Shown one piece after another: positions 1-13,504 of a stretch of DNA of 64,000 nt. The notes below the pieces were generated by a model. That model was not told where the DNA came from and did not search any database. It saw nothing but the letters and a program-made list of their open reading frames with translations. A program made the translations under genes and the position numbers. The stretch covers positions 44,330,001-44,394,000 of the forward strand of contig OZ024748.1 in assembly GCA_964016885.1 (NCBI GenBank), given 5' to 3'. The DNA comes from Eledone cirrhosa (taxonomy: Eukaryota). Each line of letters begins with the position of its first letter. Position 1 is the stretch's first letter.

Positions 1-38
1 AAGGGTTAAAGACATAGACAGAGTCTTTCATTAGAAAT

Positions 39-1311
39 CATCATCATCATCTTCGTTTAACGTCCATTTTCCACGCTAGCATGGGTTAGACGGGAGTTGT
101 TCCACTTGAGGCAAGGTTGGTTGGGTGATCATGTCTCGCTCATATAGGACTATCTGGCAGGTTTTCTACTGCTGGATGCCCTTCCTTACACCAACTACAT
201 TTACAGTGTGGAACTAGGAACTTTTTACCATGTTACCTACACGGCCACATTACAGCGTGGACTGTGTGTTTTTTCTCGTGACACCTACACGATCTCATTT
301 ATTTGGACTGAATGTTGTGGTACCAACTTTATAGAGAGAGGGTGGTGTTGGTGGGAGTGGGAGGATAGGGTAGGGGTAGTGGATTGGGGTGTATATTTGG
401 TTAAGAGGTGCCTACTGACTGTAGGTTTCGCTTTGTACATAGAGAAGGCGGGTCTTCTGTATTACTGCGTAAGGCCAAAGATCTCGGTCCAGTGACATTG
501 TCTTAGAGAGGTGCAAGTGTGTAAGGTCGGAATTTATCAGATTGTCCCAGGTTTTTCTGGGTCTACCTTCTCAGTAACTACCATCAATTTTGATCGCCCT
601 GCACTTTTTATACAGCTGTCGTCTTTCGTGTGCATCACGTGACCATACCAACGTAATCTTCTCTCGAGTAAACATCATCTGATCCCTCTTATTCCTAATT
701 TCTCACTTAGTTCATTTATGCTTTGCCGTTCACGTATATTACTATTACACATCCAACGGAGCATGCATGCTTCGTTCCTTTCCAGTCTACGCAGGTCCTC
801 TGCACGTAATGCCCAAGTCTCACTGCCATGTAGCATTGCTGTTCGTATACAAGCATCATAGAATCTGACTTTCATTTTTAGAGAGAAACCTTTTGTGGCC
901 AACAGCGGTATAAGCTCTCTGAACTTTTTCCATCCCGTTCTGACTCTGGCTACTGTACTTTCAGAACACCCTCCACCACTGCTGATTTTGTCACCCAGGT
1001 AACGGAAAGTGTCTACTATTTCTATAGAACCATCTGGGCAATAGAAGGGGCTAGTATCCTGTGGACACTTGCTACCTATTGCACCTGAGCATCGGCCACA
1101 TATAAAGTCTACGTTCTTAGATGAAATTGAATTTCTGCCTACACCTTTCCTACACACTGAGCAAGGCCATTTCCCTGAGGGTATCTGTGCCTTCTTTTCC
1201 TTTCTACAAACTAGGACCTTAGTCTTAGACAAGTTAACTTTAATGCCTTTTGATTCTAGGCCATGCTTCCATGTTTGGAATTTCTTTTCTAGTTCAGCCA
1301 TTCATTCAGCT
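39..1311 (-). mobile_element. 5'-truncated RTE-clade LINE (family Y) inserted in a 42-bp minisatellite
   Basis: ORF 675-1301 encodes the RT C-terminal region (GIKVNLSKTK, FRYLGD, AMLHGSETW). It continues degenerately as RLRWYGHV..GRPRKTW, then a 3'UTR and an (ATG)n tail at 39-51. ATTAGAAAT is duplicated at 30-38 and 1312-1320. Confidence 0.92.
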
Positions 1312-2430
1312 ATTAGAAATATGGTAATGAAAGGGTTAATGACATAGGTAGTGTCTTTCATTAGAAATATGGTAACAAAATGGTTAATGACATAGACAGT
1401 GTCTTTCATTAGAAATATGGTAACAAAAGGGTTAAAGACATATGTAGTGTCTTTCATTAGAAATATGGTAATGAAAGGGTTAAAGATATAGACAGTGTCT
1501 TTCATTAAAAATATGGTAATGAAAGGGTTAATGACATAGACAGTATCTTTCATTAGAAATATGGTAACAAAAGGGTTAAAGTCATAGCAGTGTCTTTCAT
1601 TAGAAATATGGTAATGAAAGGGATAATGACATAGATAGTGTCTTACATTAGAAATATGGCAATGAAAGGGTTAATGACATAGACAGTGTCTTTCATTAGA
1701 AATGTGGTAATTAAAGGGTTAAAGACATATGTAGTGTCTTTCATTAGAAATATGGTAATGAAAGGGTTAAAGACATAAACAGTGTCTTTCATTAGAAATA
1801 TGGTAATGAAAGGGTTAATGACATAGACAGTGTCTTTCATTAGAAATATGGTAATAAAAGGGTTAAAGACATAGACTGTCTTTCATTAGAAATATGGTAA
1901 TGAAAGGGTTAAAGATATATGCAGTGTCTTTCATTAGAAATATGGTAATGAAAGGGTTAAAGACATAGACAGTGTCTTTCATTAGAAATGTGGTAATGAA
2001 AGGGTTAAAGATATAGACAGTGTCTTTCATTAGAAATATCATAATGAAAGGGTTAAAGACATAAACAGTGTCTTTCAATAGAAATATGATAATGAAAGGG
2101 TTAAAGACATAGACAGTGTCTTTCATTAGAAATATGATAATTAAAGAGTTAAAGACATAGACAGTGTCTTTCGTTAGAAATGTGGTAATGAAAGGGTTAA
2201 AGATATAGACAGTGTCTTTCATTAGAAATATGATAATGAAAGGGTTAAAGACATAAACAGTGTCTTTCAATAGAAATATGATAATGAAAGGGTTAAAGAC
2301 ATATGTAGTGTCTTTCATTAGAAATATGGTAACAAAAGGGTTAAAGACATAGGTTGTGTTTTTCATTAGAAATATAGTAATGAAAGGGTTAAAGACATAG
2401 GTAGTGTCTTTCATTAGAAATATGGCAATG
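1312..2430. repeat. 42-bp minisatellite, about 26 copies (also at 1-38)
   Basis: Unit CATTAGAAATATGGTAATGAAAGGGTTAAAGACATAGACAGTGTCTTT-like; it explains the MKDTVYVFNPFITIFL pseudo-ORFs. Unit length is estimated by eye and may be nearer 48 bp (16-codon period in the ORF track). Confidence 0.9.
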
Positions 2431-2783
2431 GTGCTTTTAACATCTGGTTATGATTTAGCGGAAAATATCTAAAAAGAGGTTTGTAAATTCAAATGTTTAT
2501 TAGTATCTCTTTACATTGTGAAAAGTTGTATTAGAATAAAGACATTAATTTGTCCATATGCAGTCAGAAATATCTAAACACTAGTTTGTTAATTCAAATG
2601 TTTATAGTATCTTTACTAGTGGACAGATCACTGAAAATGTTCAGTATTAGAGCAAATGTTGACTGATGTAGTCATTGTGTTCTTTTTTGTAGTTTTGATT
2701 TTAAAGTGTTTATATTTATGTCAAAATCTTCCATCACAATTTTATGTAAGAACCTTTAAAATAGGGAGTTAGATATAGACAGA

Positions 2784-5700
2784 TAGATAGATATATTTCT
2801 TTATTTGCCACAAGGACGCACAAGAAAAGGAGACAATACAAAGACACATGCTGGGAATTTTACATACAGTCGTGTAAAAATATTGAAACAAACAATTATG
2901 ACAATTGAAATCCCCAATAGGCAGGGAGGCGCCACAAATGGGTTGTTTAATACCCCGTCGGTAGAACAACCCTCAACTTCAGGAGCGTGTTGTGCAAGTG
3001 CTCCTTTCTTCCTTTTGCTCTCTTCTTTAACCTACAGACTTATAAACAGAGAAGGCCCAATCACTCGGGCCATTTTTGCCACATTCACCTACCTTTCAGT
3101 AAATTTACTGGGGTGCAGTGCCTCTCTCTCCACTCTAATTCACCTTCTAAAGTGATACTTAAAGAAGGAAATCAATTGTTGTCCGGAGAGAAAGGCATCT
3201 GTCCTCAGTCCTCTCAATCTCGTCCACCATATAACCTCTTTCAACATAGCCATTGTACAGAGTAAAACTGCCTCTCTTTCGTTTTTGAAAGAGGCTGGCG
3301 GTTTGATCCTTACTATGGACTCAGCAGTCAACTGGATTTGTCCCATATGCGACAGCAGTTGTTCTGCATAGTTCCACAGGTCGCTTACGCCTGGGTAGTG
3401 TACAATTGCATGCAAGACAGTTTCAATGTCCTGCTTGCATCTTGGACACGTCCTCTTGGAAGGATCCCTACCGGGGCGTCTGTGCCTGTAGATCTTATCT
3501 CGAATGGGTAGAGCTCCTCGGTAGCACTGCCAGGCCAGGGATCTCTGGAAGTTGTCCATGGGTCTCGGGCGGAAAGTCCTACCGAACAGACTGGTGGGCT
3601 CGTCGTCTTTGACGCCTAGAGTCTCCCCGACCACGTCGTGTCACTTGTAAAGTACTAACCCTCTATAGAATGTCAAACTGGAGTCTCCACTGATTGCTGT
3701 GTCTGCTTGACAGAGGACTGTGAGCGCCTGGGCACATTCAATGTGCCAGGTGCCCATCTTCTTCGGTCTTCGCTTCACCCAGGACTGCAGCTCCGTCAGC
3801 GAGACAAGATGTGAGAAGGCCTGTCTCACAAACTGTGCCCACACCGGTTGGTCGGTGAGGAATACCTGGAGATGCCGTAGCCTCAGCGCATGTTTGCGCA
3901 TCATTAGCCACGGCATGCCCAGCCCTCCGTTGGAAGGGTGTTGACAGCAGACGGATCTCCTCACCAGTGGAGCCTGCTTCTTCCACAGGAACTGGAAGAG
4001 CATGCGTTTCATCTTGGTGAGGTATTCTCGGGGACAAACCACGACAGTCAAGCGGTAGTAATTGACGGACGCTATGAAAGTGTTCGCCACCTCCGCTCGA
4101 CCTTTCAAAGACAGTTTGCACTCTGCCCACTTCTGGGTGAGTGCAAATACCTTGGCCATGACCTCGTTCCAGTTTTTCTCCACCTGGCGGTCTGGACCGA
4201 ACCAGATCCCGAGTAATTTCACCGGTCCGTCCGTCCAGCGTCCAACGACGCTGTCGGACGGCATCGGTTTGCCTCTCCACATTCCAAGTTGCAAACCGAC
4301 AGACTTGTCTGGGTTCAGTTTTGCTCCTGTGAACCTTTCGTATTCCTATAGTAGGTTGCCAATTACCTTGATTTCCGAGGTTTTCGACACCATTGCCGTC
4401 ACGTCGTCGGCATAAGCCGATTCCACTTTTCTCAGTCCCGCTTCTAAAGGGATGCCCTGCAAAAGCTCCAACTTCCGCAGTAGTGGCTCTCGAGTCAATA
4501 TGTACAGAATGGAGGAGAGAGGGCATCTCTGTCGAATGGAGTGCGTGATTGCGAACGGATCCGATAGGTAGCCGTTCACCTTGACCCTCGAGCAGATGCT
4601 GGTGTGCATCGCCTTGATCCAGCCTCTGAAAACGGGACCGAAACCGACCGCATTGAGAACTGCTTCCAAGTATCGATGGTCGACCCTATCGAATGCCTTA
4701 GACTGATCTAAATTGATCAGAGCCCCACCGAAGCTGGGTTTACACCCACCCTCTCTATGATGTATCGCATGAGATTCAGGTTGTCGTGTATGGACCTGGT
4801 CGGGATTGCACACGTTTGCGCTTTCCCTACCAGGTTTTTGACGACAAACGCCAGCCTCGTTGCTAGCACCTTGGCCAAAATCTTTAACTCTGTGTTGAGC
4901 AGAGTTATGGGCCTGAAATTGTTTATTTCGTCCTCCTCGTTCTCGTCTCTCCTGATCAGCGTTACTACGCCCTTGCCTGCAGAACTGGGAATTTCCCATT
5001 CTACTGCCAATTGCAGTAGACGGCTTTGAGGATGCCAGAGAACAAGTCCGGCATGCCTATGTAAAACTCATAGGGTAGACCATCTAGACCGGGTGATTTG
5101 CGTTTCCCGCAGCGGCCCAGAGCATCCTGTATCTCAGTGGCTGTGATCTTCTTTTGCAGAACTCGGCGTCCATGCTCGAGAGATGCGGCAGGCTGTCGAG
5201 GTATGAACCAAAGTCCATTGTTCCGTTCGGTGCACCGTCGTTCTGCTCAAAGTCGTGCAAAGTGCCGCTGAAAGGCCGCGCACATCTGCCTGGGGTCAAG
5301 TAGCACGCGTCTGTTTTGATCTTTCAAAGACCGAATCGTGGACTTGTTGCCACTTTTCGTGTCCGCCACTTGTTTTGCTCCCTCGTTTCCTAGAGCACGT
5401 GATTTACTTCTGACCACGCAGCCTTCGTGTTTCGTGTTGAAGAACTGATCCAGTGCCATTCTCGATGCTAGCACTCTCGCTGCATTGTCACTTCTAAGTG
5501 CCTCTTCAACCTTGGCTACTAGTTCTGTTTCTGATTTTTTTTCTCTAAAGCTAATTCTCTGCTAAACCCTATCGATTCTACTCTAATTGCTCTCTTGAGA
5601 GAGTACCACCATCTATTGTTGACGATGGCTCCCGTCAACTCTTGCTTAACTAATCTACTTATCCGTTCACTGTAGGCTTTTCATGCCGGCAACGACACGT

Positions 5701-7529
5701 TCAGCTTCCAGTATCCGGGTCCCTGTCTATGTATTCTATCACGGTTGACTATGCAGACGACTAGTTTGTGATCTGAATAGGTAGCCATGTGCATTTGTAG
5801 ACAGCTTAACATCTTCTTGTCCTTTTCTCTAATGAAAAACCTATCTAGATACGATCTAGATGTCCCCCTGCGCTTTTCCCACGTCCACTGAGGTACAATC
5901 AGGAAATCTAGTCGATATCTATCGGCCAGTTGGAATTGGCCGATTAGATTTTTGAGGCTGTTGCACCCTGCTCTACTGGGACATGCTCCCACATAATCCC
6001 ATCATGCATCTAGGATACCATTCCAGTCCCCCACTAAAAGCAAGGAGTGAGACATTCCCAGAAAAGACTCTAGACGCTTAAAGAAGTCTGGCCGCGATTG
6101 TGATTGCCACCAGTCTGAAGGCTCTACCTCCAATACTGTTCATGTCTAGGACTACCAGTCTACTCTCCGAGTCCAAGTGTACTTGCTGTACTTGGAGATC
6201 CAGGTTTTTCCGAAACATGGCAGTCACTCCCCCTCCACCTCCCGCTGATAGAGAGATGCGTTGATCTCAAAGTCATTGAAGATGGGGGTTAGTTGCTGCC
6301 TGTTGTGGATCCTGGACTCGGTGATGGCTATTACATCTATACCGTGTGACCTAATGTCGTTTAAAAGTTGGCCCTGTTTCCAGGGCATCCCTAGGCCACA
6401 CACATTCACGCTCCCAACTCGTAAGTTGGCCATGTTGGTGGAGAAGAGTTGTCAAAATGGACGAAAAAGTGCACTTACCTTTTCGTTTCCTGGAGACCGG
6501 GTTGTTCAATCTCCATTTCAGTTCTGGTGGGGGGTGTTGAGTGGGGTGGGGAAACATTTCAACAGGACACGGTTTATTGGTTTTTGGCAGGGGTTGCCAA
6601 CGTCCTGTGAAAACTGTTCTTTCAATTTCTGATAGGTTTCTATTGAAACCCTTATTAGTTTTAGGTGTGTTTGAGAGTCTGTTTTTTCAAAAGTTTTCCC
6701 CTCAGTTTTTACTTTGGGGTCTTGGGAGATGACCTCCATTAGGTCTTTGTTGTTTGTTTTGTTTTTTGTTGTTTGTTTTGGTTTGTTGTTCATTTTGTAG
6801 TTTTCTTTTTATGGTGGGCATTTGTGTTTGGAGTGGTGTTGGCATTTGATTTGCTGGTAGGGGGCAGGGGGGGTGATTGTGGTGGTGTTTGTGTTGGTGG
6901 TTGTGGCTTTGTGGTGTCTCTTTTTTTTTTTTTTTTTTTTTTTACGAGGCTCTCCTTCATCTTAACTTGGGGATGGAGAAGTAGCCTCATCTGGTGATGA
7001 ATCGTCATCAGGGGCGTGTGGGAGGGGTATGTTGTGTAGTGATGGTGTGTTTCTGTGTGTGATTGTGGTAGTGTTGGATGGAGTGGGATGGGGTGGGACT
7101 GTTTTTCAGGGGAATTGTTTGTGTTTTTTCTGTTGTTTGTGGTTGAACAGTTGTTTGTTTTTGTGTGTTGTTTTTGTGGTGGTGGTTTTGGATTTGGTGT
7201 TGGTAAAAGTACTTTTTTGTGGGTGGTGGTGTTTGTTTATAAAAGGGGACAGGATGCCTTTAAATGCGATGTGCTTGCGCATTTAAAACAATATGGCCTC
7301 CTACCTTCTACCGAAATCTGTATATAGTTTGTATTGTCTACTGGTACCCGTTCTGGTATCTTGGAAAGTCTGTCCGGTTTCATTTGGACCAAAATTTCCA
7401 AGCTTGTGCCGTTCCAGGTGTTTCTTGTGGATTTTTGAATCGACAGTATTGTGTCTTCATCCTCCTCCAAGAACCCTGCCAGAATCCACCAGATGTTAAT
7501 GTTGGGTGGTATATTGGTGTTAGATAGAT
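2784..7529 (-). mobile_element. Tx1/L1-clade non-LTR retrotransposon, family 1, degenerate, 5'-truncated within ORF1
   Basis: ORF1 fragments include a CCHC knuckle (CFKCASTSHLKASC). ORF2 fragments: APE (VGSVNVCGL, SYLDRFF, SDHKLV, GPGYWKLN), RT (FRPITLLNTELKILAK, LDQSKAFDRV, AYADDV) and C-terminal CPRC..E..LH. AATAAA near the 3' end; 17-bp TSD AGTTAGATATAGACAGA at 2767-2783 and 7530-7546. Confidence 0.95.
3032..6433 (-). pseudogene. Tx1-type ORF2 (AP endonuclease-reverse transcriptase), frameshifted
   Basis: Broken across ORFs 6224-6433, 5681-5992, 5247-5474, 4717-5010, 4346-4999, 3641-4294 and 3140-3634; stop TAG at 3032-3034. Confidence 0.92.
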
Positions 7530-7612
7530 AGTTAGATATAGACAGACTGATATATGTATATATATACATACAGATTGATAAATAGAGTTTGATATAGACA
7601 GACTGATAGATA

Positions 7613-9286
7613 TATTTCTTTATTAGCCACAGGGGCACAAAAGAAGGGGACAAATACAAAGGGGGAAGTTTACATACAATAAAAACGTGTAAAATGTTAT
7701 CACAGATGGAATTTAAAAGTTAGTCGATTTTCCCCAATAGAGGGAGACAGTTTATATGGGTAACACATACCCCCGAAAAAAAATGTGCAACCCTCATCTC
7801 CAGGAGTACGAAGAGCTTGTACTCCTTTCCTCTCCTCCTCCTTTTCCTCAACCTACAGGCTGATATAGAGAGAAGGCCCATTCACTCGGGCCATTCTCGC
7901 CACTTTCACCCACCTTTCATAAAACTTGCTGGGGTACAGCACCTCTCTCTCCATCCTGATTCTTCTTCCAAAGTGGTATTTGAAAAAAAGAATCAGTTGT
8001 TGGCCGGAGAGAAAGGTGTCTGACCTCAGCCCTTTCAACCTTGTCCACCATACAACCTCTTTCGCTATAGCTATCACACAAAGGAAAACCGCCTCTCCTT
8101 CGTTTTTGAAGGAGGGTGGCGGTTTGATCATGACAATGGACTCGGTGGTCAACTGGATTGGTCCCACCCGCGACAATAGTCGTTCTACATAGCCCCACAG
8201 GTCAGTGACGCCCGGGCAGTGTATGAATGCGTGCGCGACGGTTTCTTCGTCTCGCACGCACCTCGGACAGATCTTTTTTGCAGGGTCCCTGCCCGGGCGC
8301 CCATGTCTGTAGAGCTTGTCTCGAACTGGTAGAGCTCCTCGGTAGCACTGCCAGGCCAGGGACTTTTGGAAGTTGTCCATCGGTCCCGGGCGGAAGGTCC
8401 TACCGAACAGACTGGCCAGTTCATCTTCCTCTACGCCTAGAGTTTCACCGAGCGCGTCGTCGCACTTGCTGCGGACCAACCCTCTATAGAATGACGAAGT
8501 GGAGTCTCCACTGATCTCCGGGTCCGCCTGCCAGAGGGCTGTGAGCGCCTGAGCACATTCGATGTGCCAGTCGCCCATTTTCCTCGGTCTCTGCTTGACC
8601 CAGGACTGCAGCTCGGTCAGCGAGACGAGTCGTGGGAAGGCTCGCCTCACGAACGGGGCCCACACCGGTTGTCCGGTGAGGAATACGTAGAGATGCCGCA
8701 GCCTGAGCGCGTGTTTGCGCATCGTCAACCACGGCATCCCCAGCCCTCCGTTAGAAGGGTGTTGGCAGCAGATGGATCTTCTCACCAAAGGAGCCCGCCT
8801 CTTCCAAAGGAATTGGAAGAGCGCGTGCTCCATTTTGGCGAGCGTTTTGGCTGGACAAGGCACGACGGTCAAGTGGTAGTAGATGGCGGACGCTATAAAA
8901 GTGTTCGCCACCTCCGCTCGACCTTTCAAGGATAGTTTGCACTCGGCCCACTTCTGGGTGAGTGCAAACACCTTGGCCGTCACTTCGTTCCAGTTCTTCT
9001 CCACCTGGAGGTCCGGACCAAACCAGACCCCGAACAGCTTTACCGGTCCTTCCGTCCAGCGTCCGACGACGCCATCGGAAGGCATTGGTCTGCCTCTCCA
9101 CGATCCGAGTTGCAAACCGATGGACTTGTCCCGGTTCAGCTTCGCTCCTGTGAGACTTTCGTATTCCTTCAGTAAGGTGCCGACTTCCTCGATTTGCGAG
9201 GCGCTCGACACCATTACTGTCACGTCGTCGGCGTAGGCCGACGCTGCTTTCCGCAGTCCCGGTTCCAGAGGGATGCCCTGCAATAG
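7613..9286 (-). mobile_element. 5'-truncated Tx1/L1-clade LINE, family 2 (young copy)
   Basis: Uninterrupted frame from LLQGIPLEPG/AYADDV to PSLYISL* (ORF 7853-9502, whose N-terminus is microsatellite). 19-bp TSD ATAGACAGACTGATAGATA at 7594-7612 and 9283-9301. Confidence 0.95.
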
Positions 9287-9316
9287 ACAGACTGATAGAT
9301 AGTTATGTAGATAGTC

Positions 9317-9378
<62 letters not shown>

Positions 9379-9540
9379 GGTAAGATATATACACACAGAC
9401 ATATGGACAGATAGATATATTTCTAGATAGATAGACAGACAGATATATGTGGGATGGAAAAGAAATCACATTTATTAGATATTGTAGAAAAGAATCAATC
9501 AATGAATTCTAAATATAACCAGTTAATATATATACATATA

Positions 9541-9579
<39 letters not shown>

Positions 9580-10089
9580 AAAAGCCAGAAAAATCAACAA
9601 CACATTTAAAAAAGATAATCAAAACAAAACAAAAATTAATCTAAAAAATTATAAATAAAAAAAAAAAATAATTCAATGGTAAACAAAAACAACAAATATA
9701 ATAAAACAAAATAAAATAAAAGGAAAAACCTAAACGAAAGAAAAAAAAGAAAAAAAAAAAAGAAAAAAAGTCTCTTTGGAAGACAATTTGCAGAAAATCC
9801 AATATTTAGTTGTCAGTTGAAATTGAATTTTTAACATGTTAAATCCAATTGGATAATTGATTAGTCTCAGATTGTTGGCATCATCCAACACCCCTACCCT
9901 GCTACCAGCTCCACCACCCTGCCAGCCCCACCCTCAGCTATCACCCCCCACTCTCAGCTATCACCCCACCCCCCTCTGCTACCAACCAACCTGTTTCACT
10001 TCTATAAATAATTCACTTCCAAACCATTTACTTCCAGTTAATTAGATTGTCTATACATTAAGTTCAGTTTCCAATATTCTACTGTGGAT

Positions 10090-10154
10090 ATACATATATA
10101 TATATATGTATATATATGTATGTGTGTGTGTATATATGTATATGTGTATGTATG

Positions 10155-10193
<39 letters not shown>

Positions 10194-10651
10194 ATATATG
10201 TATGTGTGTATGTCTGTGTGTCTATATGGGTGCATATGTGTGTGTGTATCTGGGTGTGTGTATATATGTGAGTATGCGTGTGTATATATATATATAAATA
10301 TATATGTATGTACATGCATGTGTGTGTGTGTACATGTGTATATATGTGTGTGTATACGTATATATATGTGTGTGTATATGTGTATGTATGTACATGCATG
10401 TGTATGTATATGTATGTGTGTGTATGCATGCATGTGTGTCTGTATAACGTATTGTATGTTTGTGTGTATATGTACTCTATGTATATATGCACATGTGAGT
10501 ACATGTGTATGTATGTATATGTACATGTGTGTATGTGTACATATATATGTGTATATATATGTACATGTGTGTATGTATATACATGTATGTATGTACATGT
10601 ATATATATATATATATATGTGTATATGTACATGTATATATATGTGTGTATG

Positions 10652-10708
<57 letters not shown>

Positions 10709-10815
10709 ATATGTACATGAATATATATGTGTATATGTACATGTATATATATATATGTGTATACGTACATATATATATATATATGTGTGTGTGTGTATAT
10801 GTGTATATGTACATG

Positions 10816-10846
<31 letters not shown>

Positions 10847-10852
10847 ACATGT
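10090..10852. repeat. Compound (TA)n/(TG)n microsatellite field
   Basis: Direct inspection. Confidence 0.95.
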
Positions 10853-10979
10853 GTAATTTCAGTCTATTTTCTTAGATTGTTTCCTAACAAATTACAATCT
10901 ATTGTAAACGACATCAAAAGATATTTATTTACTCTACAACAAAGATGTCAGACTCTCAGTCTCTTTCTACTTACCTTAT

Positions 10980-12660
10980 GTTGTTGTTGTGGGGCAACTG
11001 TTTAACAGGTTATTACAACAACAACATTTTAAGGTCATCTCCCCCACCGAAGAAGTGATCAGCCCTTATATTTTGTCATAGGCGTTGTTGTGGGGCAACT
11101 GTTTAGCTGGTTATTACAACAACAACATTTTAAGGTCATCTTCCCCACCGAAGAAGGGATCAGCCCTTATATTTTGTCATAGGCGTTGTTGTGGGGCAAC
11201 TGTTTAGCTGGTTATTACAACAACAACATTTTAAGGGCATCTTCCACACCGAAGAAGGGATCAGCCCTTATATTTTGTCATAGGCGTTGTTGTGGGGCAA
11301 CTGTTTAGCTGGTTATTACAACAACAACATTTTAAGGTCATCTTCCCCACCGAAGAAGGGATCAGCCCTTATATTTTGTCATAGGCGTTGTTGTGGGGCA
11401 ACTGTTTAGCTGGTTATTACAACAACAACATTTTAAGGTCATCTCCCACACCGAAGAAGGGATCAGCCCTTATATTTTGTCATAGGCGTTGTTGTGGGGC
11501 AACTGTTTAGCTGGTTATTACAACAACAACATTTTACGGTCATCTTCCCCACCGAAGAAGGGATCAGCCCTTATATTTTGTCATAGGCGTTGTTGTGGGG
11601 CAACTGTTTAGCTGGTTATTACAACAACATTTTAAGGTCATCTTCCCCACCGAAGAAGGGATCAGCCCTTATATTTTGTCATAGGCGTTGTTGTGGGGCA
11701 ACTGTTTAGCTGGTTATTACAACAACATTTTAAGGTCATCTTCCCCACCGAAGAAGGGATCAGCCCTTATATTTTGTCATAGGCGTTGTTGTGGGGCAAC
11801 TGTTTAGCTGGTTATTACAACAACATTTTAAGGTCATCTTCCCCACCGAAGAAGGGATCAGCCCTTATATTTTGTCATAGGCGTTGTTGTGGGGCAACTG
11901 TTTAGCTGGTTATTACAACAACATTTTAAGGTCATCTTCCCCACCGAAGAAGGGATCAGCCCTTATATTTTGTCATAGGCGTTGTTGTGGGGCAACTGTT
12001 TAGCTGGTTATTACAACAACAACATTTTAAGGTCATCTTCCCCACCGAAGAAGGGATCAGCCCTTATATGTTGTCATTGTTGTTGTTGTGGGGCAACTGT
12101 TTAGCTGGTTATTACAACAACAACATTTTAAGGTCATCTTCTCCACCGAAGAAGGGATCAGCCCTTATATTATGTCATAGGCGTTGTTATGGGGCAACTG
12201 TTTAGCTGGTTATTACAACAACAACATTTTAAGGTCATCTTCCCCACCGAAGAAGGGATCAGCCCTTATATTTTGTCATAGGCGTTGTTGTGGGGCAACT
12301 AACTGTTTAGCTGGTTATTACAACAACATTTTAAGGTCATCTTCCCCACCGAAGAAGGGATCAGCCCTTATATTTTGTCATAGGCGTTGTTGTGGGGCAA
12401 CTGTTTAGCTGGTTATTACAACAACATTTTAAGGTCATCTTCCCCACCGAAGAAGGGATCAGCCCTTATATTATGTCATAGGCGTTGTTATGGGGCAACT
12501 GTTTAGCTGGTTATTACAACAACAACATTTTAAGGTCATCTTCCCCACCGAAGAAGGGATCAGCCCTTATATGTTGTCATTGTTGTTGTTGTGGGGCAAC
12601 TGTTTAGCTGGTTATTACAACATTTTAAGGTCATCTTCCTACCAAGGTAGGAATCAGTTC
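10980..12660. repeat. 98-101-bp tandem satellite, about 17 copies
   Basis: Unit GGCGTTGTTGTGGGGCAACTGTTTAGCTGG...GAAGAAGGGATCAGCCCTTATATTTTGTCATA (11081 to 11182 = 101 bp); variants differ by one AAC. Confidence 0.95.
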
Positions 12661-12799
12661 TTATATGTTGTTATCATTGATGTTGTTGTTGGGTAAGTGT
12701 TTATTTCAACAAAAACAACACATATGGGTTGGTCCCTACTTCAGCAGAAAAGATAATCTTAAAATGTTTGTTGTTGTTGGGTGACTGTTTATCTCATTA

Positions 12800-12980
12800 T
12801 TGCAGTATCGGTAGAGGGTCGGACGCCATGCTTTGATGCATAGAGTTACGGCCCTTGCCATTCTGAGTTCAAATCCCGCTGAGGTTAACTTTGCCTTTCA
12901 TCCATACGGGGTCGATAAAATAAAGTACCAGTAATACACTGGGTAATAGCTGGCCTTGTGCCAAAAGTAGAAACAGTAAT
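12800..12980 (+). mobile_element. tRNA-derived SINE with Meta-type central domain
   Basis: A-box-like GCAGTATCGGTAG, B-box GAGTTCAAATCC, central GCCTTTCATCC..GGGGTCGATAAAA..AGTACCAG. Confidence 0.8.
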
Positions 12981-13504
12981 TACAACAAACATTTTAAGGC
13001 CATCTTCCCAATAAAAGAAGGGATCAGCCCTTATGTGATGTTGTTGTTTTGTGCAACACACAAGGGCTGATTCCTTCTTCAGTAGGGAAGATACCCTTAA
13101 AATGTTTGTTGTTGTTTTAGGCAAATGTTTAATATAACAACAACAAACATTTTAAGGTCATCTTCCGCATAGAAGTAAGGATCAACCCTTTCAAATACAG
13201 GTACATGTCATGTTTTTCCAGCTGAGTGAACTGGAGCAATGAGAAGTAAAGTGTCTTGCTCAAGGACACCCCTTTCTAAGGTGATTTTCACTGCTAAAGC
13301 AGGGCTTTAATCTGTGGGCCCCCTTAAAAGATTCCCTATTTTTACTATCATCTGTATCCCCCACTCTCACAAAGTCCTTGGATTTTATTTCCCTCTCCAT
13401 CATCTTCAGCCATATCTTGGTCTTTCACTTCCTCTACTTCCTTCTACATTCCATCACACACACACACACGCACACATATATATATATATATATATATACA
13501 TATA

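Noticed and set aside
1302-2414. Repetitive membrane-protein-like ORFs (MKDTVYVFNPFITIFL)n and those at 25766-26882
   Set aside because: They arise from minisatellites with unit lengths divisible by three; the first is interrupted by a LINE and resembles a MITE end.
7853-9502. Intact 549-aa gene
   Set aside because: The N-terminal ~70 residues are microsatellite; the rest is a 5'-truncated Tx1 ORF2 lacking APE and most RT motifs.
10038-10875. Long YI/HT/CV-repeat ORFs (also 18171, 32090, 55721-57332, 62203-63826)
   Set aside because: Dinucleotide microsatellite artefacts, open on both strands.
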